64,000 bases of DNA from a virus. Shown piece after piece: positions 55,386 to 63,483 of this stretch. The stretch's first letter is position 1. Each line of letters starts with the position of its first letter. The notes below the pieces were generated by a model that saw nothing but the letters and a program-made list of their open reading frames with translations, was not told the origin of the DNA and made no database searches. The position numbers and the translations under genes are program-made. The stretch lies in IMG/VR virus record IMGVR_UViG_3300043788_000114, positions 1 to 64,000 of that record; one strand, written 5' to 3'.

Positions 55386-56817
55386 TTTGAACTCCTGAAA
55401 ATTTGTGGTGACATCCCCATTGAAGCTTCGAATTGAATGGCGGGAACTGGCTCAATCATCTTGATGCCCAGTTTATTTTTGGCTTCGGTTTCAAGCCAGT
55501 CACGTTGCCTTACCAACTCTTCTGGAGAGATAAAGTCGGTCCATACATGGCTAACGTAACTACCCGGAATACCTTTGTAGTAATCGGCTGTCTGGGTAAA
55601 ATCTACGTCATTCATGTACAGCGCATCTTTAGTCTTCGACGCGGTAAATTTCCACACATTATTGCCGACTGGCTCAGCATCGTCCCAATATGGGCTGCCG
55701 GGATATGGGGTGATGATGGTGGCGTCCATTTCATCCGGACGTGTTTCTATCAACCACTCATAGGTGTCCATGATCGTCTCGTGACTTTCCCCGGCGTGGC
55801 CGAGCGACATGAGAGCCTTTACCTTGAGCCCGTGAGAATGAGCAATCTCCATACACCGCGTGTTCTGCTCACGTGTGGCCTTCTTTTCGATGTTAGTAAG
55901 TATCCTCTCAGAACCAGACTCAAATCCAACGAGTATCCAACGGAATCCAGCTTCGTACATTACATTTGCCTGCTCTTCGTTGAACAAGTTAGACTTGATA
56001 AAACCACGCAGCTTCCATTCGACGCCTAATCTTTCGGCCTCGCGCTTCAAACCACGCATTAAGTCAACCATGCTCTTACTGACGTTAAGCTCATCGTCGA
56101 AGAAATTTATAGCCGTGTACCCGTATACAGAGTGAATATGCAGAACTTCCTGAATTATGTTCTCATAATCCCTGTTACGGGTGCGCCGTAGCATTGCAGA
56201 GTTCCTTCCGGCGCAAAAGGAACACATATAGGACACCCTAATTGTCCGACGAGATGTAACGCTGGATAGCCGTCAATCGAGTAATGGTAAGATTCGACAT
56301 CGAGTAGGTGCCGTGCAGGCCATGGTGAATCAGTAAACTTTTTGTTAGTCTGCCACATGGGACTTTTTGGATCGTCCGCATCTATTAGTCCTTTGAAGAA
56401 TGGGCTTATCGCTGAGAATATTGCGTCCTCTCCATCGCCCGCAATAACAACATCGAAATGTTCTAGTATCGCTTTCATTGGCGCATCAGCCCTATGCCTA
56501 CCACGCTTATAAGAAGAATGGATCAGTGTCGGATGCGGACCGCCAAGTATTAACTTCCTTCCGGGCACTTCTCGAAGCGCCTTGGCAATTCGCATAACTG
56601 ATGGAAATTGTGGTGTTGTAGAGGTGATGCCGAATATATCTGCGCCACGATACTGCCGCACAACTTCTTCGAAGTTGGCTACTCCACATAGGTCAAGATG
56701 ATCAACTTGGTAGCCGTCGCGTTCGAGAACCGCAGCAACCTTGAGAATACCGAGAGCGGCGAACACCCGGTCTTCAAGGAGGAACGGAGACGGTGGGGTT
56801 ACGAGACATATTTTCAC
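55382..56817 (-). pseudogene. B12-dependent radical SAM protein split by a 1-nt frameshift at ~56231
   Basis: B12-binding domain (LGILKVAA, LGGPHPT, GDGE) in one frame; the GCP|YMCSFC motif and TIM barrel (FDDE, GFESGS) continue in another. Confidence 0.85.
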
Positions 56818-57386
56818 GGCTTCCTCCAAACAGTCATTCGCTCTGCTTCTGAAAGCAGTTTCCAATTCGCTGACTTCACGAATTGATCAAGACATGCGGC
56901 GACTTCGTGGTAGTCACTGTCGTGGACCGCAAGCACTCCGCTGGGTTTCAGGAATGGAATCCAATTTGCAAAATCGCGGCCTACCTGCGGAGCGTAATGC
57001 CACCCATCGATGTAGAGAAAATCGATAGGAAAATTCCACTGTGACGCCACCAAGTCGGTAGGCATTTTGTGATAGGTGAACGGGACTTCGAGAAAATGAT
57101 TCACGATGAGATTCCAAAACGCATACGTCGCATGTTTCGGTTCCCAGAGGAGAGCGTCAACGAGGTGAATATCGAGGTCGAGGTCTTTTTGAACCTGAAG
57201 GTATACCGATGACGATCTTCCAGTGTAGGTACCCAATTCCACTACACGAGAACCGGTGGGCAACGACAGCACATGGGGAACGAACGTCTTGAGTTCCGCC
57301 GCTGTGGCGGTGCAGAGAGGATGGTCATGCGTGCCGTTCCCCTCGGCAGAGAGCGAGAATTCGTAAACCTCGTCAAATGTCTTCAT
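56814..57386 (-). CDS. Class I SAM-dependent methyltransferase (Methyltransf_24-like)
   Basis: VVELGTYTGRS, DFLYIDGWH, LKPSGVLAVHD. Confidence 0.85.
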   Translation of the reverse strand: MKTFDEVYEFSLSAEGNGTHDHPLCTATAAELKTFVPHVLSLPTGSRVVELGTYTGRSSSVYLQVQKDLDLDIHLVDALLWEPKHATYAFWNLIVNHFLEVPFTYHKMPTDLVASQWNFPIDFLYIDGWHYAPQVGRDFANWIPFLKPSGVLAVHDSDYHEVAACLDQFVKSANWKLLSEAERMTVWRKP

Positions 57387-57402
57387 GGCTTAAACGATAG
57401 CA

Positions 57403-58095
57403 TCATTCAGGTTTTCTCAAGGCGGAAACTTCGCCACTTAGCAGCGCGCGAAATGGGTCTGGATGGCACGGACCAGCGAAATGCGCGAACTGAGGGGATG
57501 TTCCGTAGCGAGAGTTGTATGGCATTCCATCGCGCACGATCAATGATCCGTCTTCCTTGTCGGCGGAAACCACATAGAATAGCGTCGTCAGGGTATCGAG
57601 CGGAACGAGTTCGGGATGACTGGCGGCGAGTTGGCAAAACGCAAGTTGATCCATCACGTCGGCGTTGAATCTCAATCCGGCTTTCAGAGATTCGATCCAA
57701 GCAACGATGTATTCCGGGTAGCCGCACATCATTCCGGGGTTCGGATAGCGCCAAAGACTTGTGGAGCGGTACCATTGCGCAAGCGACTCATCTGGCCAGC
57801 AATTGCGCTCGGCGGAGATTAAGAGCGGAGGCACTCGGGTGTGCATACCGTAGATATTTCCGAAGAACAGCACATCCCATGCATCGGTGAAGACGATCCG
57901 GTCGTAGCCGGAGAATTTCTTGCACATCCTGTGCCAGTAATCCACTCTCCACCTTCCAGTCATGGAGCCGATCCCGTCAGATAACGTAATAGGCTCGATA
58001 TGGAAGTCGATGTGCGCATCGCGCAGTTGCCCTTCATACTCGTCAGTCAGGTATTTTCGCTCGGTGGCATGTGCGACGACAATCACGTCTTTCAT
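57403..58095 (-). CDS. PLOD-like glycosyltransferase domain protein
   Basis: VFTDAWDV, SAERNCWP, YPNPG, DQL, HFAG. Confidence 0.75.
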   Translation of the reverse strand: MKDVIVVAHATERKYLTDEYEGQLRDAHIDFHIEPITLSDGIGSMTGRWRVDYWHRMCKKFSGYDRIVFTDAWDVLFFGNIYGMHTRVPPLLISAERNCWPDESLAQWYRSTSLWRYPNPGMMCGYPEYIVAWIESLKAGLRFNADVMDQLAFCQLAASHPELVPLDTLTTLFYVVSADKEDGSLIVRDGMPYNSRYGTSPQFAHFAGPCHPDPFRALLSGEVSALRKPE

Positions 58096-58101
58096 AAATC
58101 C

Positions 58102-58332
58102 TCAATCTCCGCCAGCTTCCCATCCGGTTACGCAAGAAATACAAATATAAAGGAGCACCAAGCCGTAAGCCGCTCCCCCACCCAGAATGCCTGAGAACAC
58201 ACGCTCAATCATCGTATTCGGAACGTGCAGGTAGTAAGTGAACATCCACCAAAGAAATGGCGCGACCATCAGCGCGATTGCAATCGTCCAACGGCGAGCG
58301 GTGATTGGCGGACCACCGAGTTTGTTTTCCAT
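58102..58332 (-). CDS. Small membrane protein
   Basis: Two hydrophobic segments. Confidence 0.55.
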   Translation of the reverse strand: MENKLGGPPITARRWTIAIALMVAPFLWWMFTYYLHVPNTMIERVFSGILGGGAAYGLVLLYICISCVTGWEAGGD

Positions 58333-58365
58333 ATATGCTCCGATCTGAGCGTTACTTTGTGCCGC

Positions 58366-59583
58366 TCATTTGAATCCCTCTCGGAACCATGCTTCCCAGC
58401 GAGGCCATAGATGTTTCCAGTCGTACCGTGGATCGAGACTCGTTCGCTTGCCGATCCATTCGTTCGCCTTCGTCGCCCAATCTTGAGCATTGTAGACAGG
58501 GCGCTTGGTCGCGAACGATCCTTGATAGTGAAACGCGATAGGATCAACTTGCATTTCCTTCGGAACGAAATCAGCGGCTCCAGCGTAACTCCCCGTCACC
58601 ACGGGAGTCTGACACGCGAGGCTCTCAGCCAACGGCAGTCCGAAACCTTCAGGACCTATGCCTAGCGTCAGATCGCAGGCCGAGAATGCTTCCGCCAGTT
58701 GTTCATCGGCAATCTGCGTCAAACTAATGATCGCCCTGTCGAGAATTCCATAATCGACTAGGAGTGCGGGGAGACTCCAGAATCGCTCGTATGCATCCGT
58801 GTGCAGCCATAGCCTCACTTTTCGGTCTCTGGCAATGATCGCTGCCGTTTCTATACCGAGCGCGAAATTTTTGCGGTCCTGATTCGTCGCGCAAATTCCG
58901 ATCAGGCAGGTGTCATCAGTGATCGGTCCGCTATCCTTCATGATCTGTTGGCCGCTAGTGATCTGGAAAAACATGTGGCGGCAGAGTTGACGATGCCTCT
59001 CGTAGAACGTTTCTCTGTCTACCCCATGCGGGATACTACTTAAATGCCGCTTCGATGATTCCTCGTCTCCGATAGTCCGCCGCAAAACATCTTCGCCAAA
59101 CTCACCATAGCCAAGCAGCGTATCGAACCCGAGCGCGGTTCGCATGAGTGGGAATGACAACTTGTCGTTCGGCCCTGAGCCGTCGATTGGCGCGTAGCCA
59201 AAAAGCTTGAACGGACGTTTGATGAGCCATTGACGCAACGCCGGGTTCTTGAGCAGAGAAGATTCCGAGAGTCTTGGCTGAGCGATCCAATCCAAGCGGG
59301 ATAAATCCCAAATCGTGAATACAATCCCAGACTCATTACCAGCAAAATCGTCCCAGACTTCAGGCAAAGTCGGGATCGCCCATTCCTGCATTCCCTCAAT
59401 GACGTAGTTCGTGAACCCAAAACGCCGTGAGCCGGGTCCACCCCATCCGAGAACGCCAACCCGATAAATATCGCTTAGGTGCTCATGCACCCTTGTCGTG
59501 ATGTCACGGCATATTCTTCCGAGGCCGCTTGATGACGATGGGCTGTCGGAGATGAAGAGGATTGGCGTGGGTTTTTCGGCCAT
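58366..59583 (-). CDS. GT-B (family 4) glycosyltransferase
   Basis: SDSP...SGLGR, IPHGVD, NQDRKN, EGFGLPLAESLAC.TPVV. Confidence 0.85.
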   Translation of the reverse strand: MAEKPTPILFISDSPSSSSGLGRICRDITTRVHEHLSDIYRVGVLGWGGPGSRRFGFTNYVIEGMQEWAIPTLPEVWDDFAGNESGIVFTIWDLSRLDWIAQPRLSESSLLKNPALRQWLIKRPFKLFGYAPIDGSGPNDKLSFPLMRTALGFDTLLGYGEFGEDVLRRTIGDEESSKRHLSSIPHGVDRETFYERHRQLCRHMFFQITSGQQIMKDSGPITDDTCLIGICATNQDRKNFALGIETAAIIARDRKVRLWLHTDAYERFWSLPALLVDYGILDRAIISLTQIADEQLAEAFSACDLTLGIGPEGFGLPLAESLACQTPVVTGSYAGAADFVPKEMQVDPIAFHYQGSFATKRPVYNAQDWATKANEWIGKRTSLDPRYDWKHLWPRWEAWFREGFK

Positions 59584-59647
59584 GCGGTTGACGATAGCGC
59601 CGAAGTGAAAGCGTGTCAAGCGTCACCAGCGGTCAACGCGTGGATAG

Positions 59648-59676
59648 TTGACAAAAACCAAGCAGCGCGATACCGT
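59648..59676 (+). promoter_or_regulatory. Sigma70-like promoter in the divergent region
   Basis: TTGACA-17-TACCGT. Confidence 0.5.
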
Positions 59677-59680
59677 GCAA

Positions 59681-59896
59681 ATGATGAATGACGATCAGAT
59701 CGTCCGGCTCATTCGAGGCAAACAGGGAGAGCAATCGCTCCGCGCCTACGCATCGCAGATAGGTGTTTCAGCAGCTTATCTGTCGGATGTGCTGAACGGG
59801 CACAGAGGGCCGGGGAAGAAAATGCTGAAGTTTTTTGGAATAGAAAAGACGCGCAGGGTGACGGTCACCTACGCGGCGACAAGAAAGAAGAAGTGA
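59681..59896 (+). CDS. XRE-family HTH regulator
   Basis: SLRAYASQIGVSAAYLSDVLNGHRGPG. Confidence 0.8.
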   Translation: MMNDDQIVRLIRGKQGEQSLRAYASQIGVSAAYLSDVLNGHRGPGKKMLKFFGIEKTRRVTVTYAATRKKK

Positions 59897-59902
59897 TAGG
59901 AG

Positions 59903-60055
59903 CTAGATCACGTGCAGCAGGTAGAGAATCAGGAGGATCACCAGAATGGTTCCCAGCCCGATCCCACCACCGGCACCCGCACCCCACTGGGTGTGGCCCC
60001 AGTAGCCGAAGCCGCCGCCGAACAGCAAGATCAACAAGATAATGATGATCAGCAT
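59903..60055 (-). CDS. Small membrane protein (DUF3309-like; not in ORF track)
   Basis: MLIIIILLILLFGGGFGYWG...GGGIGLGTILVILLILYLL. Confidence 0.7.
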   Translation of the reverse strand: MLIIIILLILLFGGGFGYWGHTQWGAGAGGGIGLGTILVILLILYLLHVI

Positions 60056-60231
60056 TAGTGACCCATCCCAAGGTGCAGCGGGAGGATGCCGCTAAACAGC
60101 GCGGATGCTACCCAAAACGCCAACCCAGCGGCAATGAGCCTGCCGAACCATGGGCTGGGCTGAGGCTGGGGATTCCAAATGGCAGCGATAGCGAACAGTA
60201 CAAACGCGAAAACCAAAAGGACGATTGACAT
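60055..60231 (-). CDS. Small two-TM protein (not in ORF track)
   Basis: MSIVLLVFAFVLFAIAAIW...RLIAAGLAFWV; SD GAGGTG; TAATG overlap. Confidence 0.65.
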   Translation of the reverse strand: MSIVLLVFAFVLFAIAAIWNPQPQPSPWFGRLIAAGLAFWVASALFSGILPLHLGMGH

Positions 60232-60455
60232 AGATCACCTCAAGGCAATTGGATGCCGCTTTGCGGCAAATCGTCTGTATAATTCTGCTCAAGTATGGCA
60301 ACACCCTGTTTCCAAAAGCCTGACTCGAATCCACCGGTTTGCGGCGTTCACAACGAACGTCTGGTGCCGGAACAGATTCGCGTGGACGACATGAAGATCG
60401 ATTGCCTGCGCTGCCCGAGAACCGGAAGCGTGGTGAAGGATTCGAAAAAAGAGAG

Positions 60456-60484
60456 TTGACAGGATTTCTGGACCGTGAGAGGAT
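60456..60484 (+). promoter_or_regulatory. Promoter of the tRNA operon
   Basis: TTGACA-17-GAGGAT. Confidence 0.5.
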
Positions 60485-60491
60485 TTGAACC

Positions 60492-60560
60492 GTGAAGACT
60501 TTGTGCCTCAGTTCGCTCTCCTCGTATAGCTCATTACTGAGCGGCAGCGGGGGTTCGTGA
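60492..60560 (+). CDS. Ser/Leu/Cys/Tyr-rich attenuator leader peptide
   Basis: MKTLCLSSLSSYSSLLSGSGGS; GTG start 7 nt after the -10 box. Confidence 0.7.
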   Translation: MKTLCLSSLSSYSSLLSGSGGS

Positions 60561-60590
60561 ACTGAGTCCAGAGTGGAATTCAGTGAAGCG

Positions 60591-60622
60591 GCCTCCGAGA
60601 AATCGGGGGCTTTTTAGTTTTT
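60591..60622 (+). terminator. Attenuator terminator
   Basis: GCCTCCGA-GAAA-TCGGGGGC followed by TTTTTAGTTTTT. Confidence 0.8.
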
Positions 60623-60624
60623 GC

Positions 60625-60709
60625 GCGAGAGTGGCGAAATGGCAGCACGCAGCGGTCTTAAAAACCGTTGGAGAAATCCGTGGGGGTTCAAGTCCCCTCT
60701 CTCGCACCA
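60625..60709 (+). tRNA. tRNA-Leu(TAA)
   Basis: GCGAGAG/CTCTCGC acceptor, CT-TAA-AA loop, CCA. Confidence 0.9.
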
Positions 60710-60710
60710 T

Positions 60711-60785
60711 GAGCCTGTACCCAAGTGCTAAGGGAGCGGTCTGCAAAACCGTGATGCGGTGGTTGGATTCCACTCAGGCTCTCCA
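60711..60785 (+). tRNA. tRNA-Cys(GCA)
   Basis: GAGCCTG/CAGGCTC, CT-GCA-AA, discriminator T, CCA. Confidence 0.85.
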
Positions 60786-60796
60786 AGTTTAAATGT

Positions 60797-60886
60797 GGCC
60801 CCGCTGGCGGATTGGCCCAGCCACTAGTCTTAGGAACTAGCGTCCTTAGCCGGACACTGTGGGTTCGAATCCCACCGGGGCTACCA
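60797..60886 (+). tRNA. tRNA-Leu(TAG)
   Basis: CTAGT-CT-TAG-GA-ACTAG, GTTCGAATC, CCA. Confidence 0.9.
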
Positions 60887-60893
60887 AAGTTTT

Positions 60894-60980
60894 GCCGATG
60901 TGCTGGAATTGGAAGACGGACTGCACTCAAAACGCAGCGCGAGCAATCGCATGGGAGTTCGATCCTCCCCATCGGCACCA
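60894..60980 (+). tRNA. tRNA-Leu(CAA)
   Basis: GCCGATG/CATCGGC, CT-CAA-AA, CCA. Confidence 0.9.
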
Positions 60981-61031
60981 GATTAAGGCCGTATTAGGCG
61001 ACGAACTAAATTTAGTCGTGCGGCTAATTTT

Positions 61032-61119
61032 GGAGAGTCAACCGTTGAGGCTGACGGCGCGGTTTGCTAAACCGATGGTTCCCTTTGGGAATGGGCATCG
61101 TGCGCTCGGCTCTCCGCCA
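61032..61119 (+). tRNA. tRNA-Ser(GCT)
   Basis: GGAGAGT/GCTCTCC, TT-GCT-AA, long variable arm, GCCA; atypical T-loop. Confidence 0.8.
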
Positions 61120-61141
61120 TGTTTGTGCAGTAAACGTGTTT

Positions 61142-61229
61142 GGGGAGTAAACCTGTCGGGCGACAGGGCTCGTCTGGAAAGCGATGCGGACCCATCGGGT
61201 TTGCGTTTCGAGTACGCTGCTCCCCGCCA
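61142..61229 (+). tRNA. tRNA-Ser(GGA)
   Basis: CT-GGA-AA, long variable arm, GCCA. Confidence 0.85.
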
Positions 61230-61230
61230 C

Positions 61231-61318
61231 GGAAGCGTTGGGCATTTGGCAGGCCCACCCCGCTCGAAACGGGACACACCGCAAGGTGTTGGGGATTCGA
61301 CTTCCTCCGCTTCCGCCA
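61231..61318 (+). tRNA. tRNA-Ser(CGA)
   Basis: GGAAGCG/CGCTTCC, CT-CGA-AA, GCCA. Confidence 0.85.
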
Positions 61319-61324
61319 CTGTTT

Positions 61325-61414
61325 GGATACGTTAGGCATGTGCCAAGCCTACCCCGTTTGAAGCGGGACGCTCCTGAAAGGGACTTGGGTGTTGGACTCA
61401 CCCCGTATCCGCCA
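61325..61414 (+). tRNA. tRNA-Ser(TGA)
   Basis: GGATACG/CGTATCC, TT-TGA-AG, GCCA. Confidence 0.8.
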
Positions 61415-61419
61415 GATGT

Positions 61420-61506
61420 GCAGCGTATGACCGGGCGCACGGTCACCGCTCTGTAAAAGCGGCGCTCATTCGAGCATGGGGAGTTGAAGCCTCTCACGCT
61501 GCACCA
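61420..61506 (+). tRNA. tRNA-Tyr(GTA)
   Basis: GCAGCGT/ACGCTGC, CCGCT-CT-GTA-AA-AGCGG, ACCA. Confidence 0.8.
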
Positions 61507-61510
61507 GAGA

Positions 61511-61585
61511 TGTATAATTGGGGTGTCAGGTGCGTGAACACCCGGCTTACGCCAACCGGAAATGAGGTTTCCGATGACACCCCAA
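61511..61585 (+). promoter_or_regulatory. -10 box plus structured leader sequestering SD and ATG of the HNH gene
   Basis: TATAAT 61513-61518; TTGGGGTGTCA pairs with TGACACCCCAA; GAGGT inside the GGAAAT/GTTTCC hairpin. Confidence 0.7.
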
Positions 61586-62404
61586 GAGCAAAGTGTACCA
61601 GCGCCAACGAAGTGGTGCCAGAAGCATCTACACGAAATCTCAATATCTACGAAAAGATGCCAAGAATGCCGGAAGGCGTATTTTCGGAAATACAGAACGC
61701 TTAACAGAGAGCACCTAAATTCTCTTGATCGAGAACGGTATCGAAAAAAACACGAAGGCCAACTTCGAAAGTATAATGGCTCTCCGGGCGGTATCGCCAG
61801 AGCGACCAAATCACGTCGCGAGGCTCTCGATAAGTATTACTCCAATCCAAAGATTTGCAAAAATTGCGGAGGCCCAATAGTCGTCAAGGATGGCGAGAAG
61901 ATTCCGCAAGCAAGGAAGCGAACCTTTTGCACACGGCGGTGCGCTGCCATTTTTAACAATCATTTACGGAAAAAAGAACGAGCGTGCAAGACCTGCGGGG
62001 GAGCAGTACGCAGAACAAGCAAGAGAATGCGTAACTACTGCGACGACTGCTTAAATGTGAAACTCCTTGCGATTACTGGAAAAATATCGAAACGTGCGTT
62101 ATTTACACGGAGAAATGGGTACCAATCGGCACGGTCGCAAATCCGAAGACACGCAGAGACGGTGTTCAATCGCTCCGGAAAGAAGAAGGTCTGTGCCATT
62201 TGCGGGTATAGCCTGTACGTTGAAATCGCTCATTTGCGAGCGGTGGCCGATTTTTCTGAGGACGCGCTCATTGAAGAGATCAACGCGGTAGGTAACTTAA
62301 TAGCCTTTTGCGCCAATCATCATTGGGAATTTGACAACGATAAACTTGTCGAGGATAATGTAACGGCGGAGTGGACTGGAGATGGTTCCAGCTTGGTCTC
62401 ATAA
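61574..62404 (+). CDS. HNH homing endonuclease within the tRNA array
   Basis: CAICGY...EIAH...N...NL...CANHHWEFD; several CxxC modules. Confidence 0.85.
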   Translation: MTPQEQSVPAPTKWCQKHLHEISISTKRCQECRKAYFRKYRTLNREHLNSLDRERYRKKHEGQLRKYNGSPGGIARATKSRREALDKYYSNPKICKNCGGPIVVKDGEKIPQARKRTFCTRRCAAIFNNHLRKKERACKTCGGAVRRTSKRMRNYCDDCLNVKLLAITGKISKRALFTRRNGYQSARSQIRRHAETVFNRSGKKKVCAICGYSLYVEIAHLRAVADFSEDALIEEINAVGNLIAFCANHHWEFDNDKLVEDNVTAEWTGDGSSLVS

Positions 62405-62442
62405 GCCAAATCACGGCGGTTCGATTCCGCTCTCCGCAACCA
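62365..62442 (+). tRNA. tRNA-Met(CAT), initiator-like 1:72 mismatch
   Basis: TTGGT-CT-CAT-AA-GCCAA, GTTCGATTC, ACCA. Confidence 0.85.
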
Positions 62443-62497
62443 TTTCATTGGAGGTTCCCATGACAGATCACTAGCGAAAGGTTGGTGAGAAACTGTC

Positions 62498-62710
62498 ATG
62501 GGAAACGCCCACGCGTGGCGTCACCGGACTGGACGTGGTACTCCCTGTCCTACCGGTTGTCTCTATTGCAAGATGCGTCCCAAGGAAGGCGAACCGGGAG
62601 AGCGGCACAAGAACTACGCCAACAAAAACTCTCGCGGTCGTCGCACTCCACGGGGCAAGCAGAACAACAAGAAGCGCAAGAGTCCAAAGCTCAAACTAGG
62701 AGTCCAATGA
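62498..62710 (+). CDS. Small basic protein
   Basis: 70 aa, CPTGCLYC, Arg/Lys-rich. Confidence 0.45.
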   Translation: MGNAHAWRHRTGRGTPCPTGCLYCKMRPKEGEPGERHKNYANKNSRGRRTPRGKQNNKKRKSPKLKLGVQ

Positions 62711-62759
62711 TCTTCGATCCAGAATTCGGATGGTGGAGGAGTTGGATCAGTATCGATCT

Positions 62760-63232
62760 TGGCGCGTAAGCGCTGAGTGGAGGCCGGGGGCCGCAAGGCA
62801 CTGGGTCCGTTCTCGGACGTAAACCGAGTGGTGGAGGCGGCGGCAACGCCGCCCCTAGTTTTCGAGTACGCATGTAGAAGGTGATGGAGTTTGATTTCGG
62901 ACGTGGGTTCAACTCCCACCGGCTCCACCAAGAAGCACTTGAACGAGAAGCGCCGACTTACGATCATGAACACAACGTCTCTGTTTTCGGCTAACTCAAA
63001 AAAGCGAAGCTCGTTGGCTGTCGCTCAATGGTTCGAGTGTTTCTTTGTGGGGCCGTCACGGTTTCGACGGAATTAGAGGACATCACGCAGTTCATGCCGG
63101 ATGCTGTGGCCCACGAAACGGGACAACAGAAAACTAGGTGCAGAACCATTTGCACTGCCAATGGCTGCTTAAACACCAGTCATTCGAGGGTGGCCGCAAT
63201 ACTCGTCAAAGAACCATGCGGCAACAAATTCT
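62760..63232 (+). ncRNA. ssrA: Circularly permuted two-piece tmRNA; outer ends approximate
   Basis: 3' acceptor piece ends CGGCTCCACCA at 62930; 5' piece starts GGGGCCG at 63049 (G3.U70); tag AEPFALPMAA* at 63140-63172. Confidence 0.9.
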
Positions 63233-63393
63233 ATGCCCGAGAATCGGAGAAAAAAGCAGCGGAGAAGGAAAGTCCTGCGACAAATCGAGCGGCGCAGGCA
63301 GTTCCAGCGAGTCAATGAAATCCTGTTGCGCTCCGCTTTCGGGGTAGAATGGAAAAAGTACCGCCAGCGTGGAATCGCGGTGCCGTAAGTTTC

Positions 63394-63469
63394 GGGGTCG
63401 TAGCTTAATTGGAAAAGCGCTTCCTTGTCACGGAAGAAGTCGAGGGTTCAACTCCCTTCGATCCCGCCA
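63394..63469 (+). tRNA. tRNA-Asp(GTC)
   Basis: CTTCC-TT-GTC-AC-GGAAG, GCCA. Confidence 0.9.
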
Positions 63470-63483
63470 AGTTTGGAGATGAC

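Noticed and set aside
61518-61585. Degenerate tRNA
   Set aside because: No T-loop or proper anticodon arm; better explained as the HEG leader structure also seen at 844 and 41025
60534-61809. ORFs overlapping the tRNA array
   Set aside because: Spurious translations of tRNA genes
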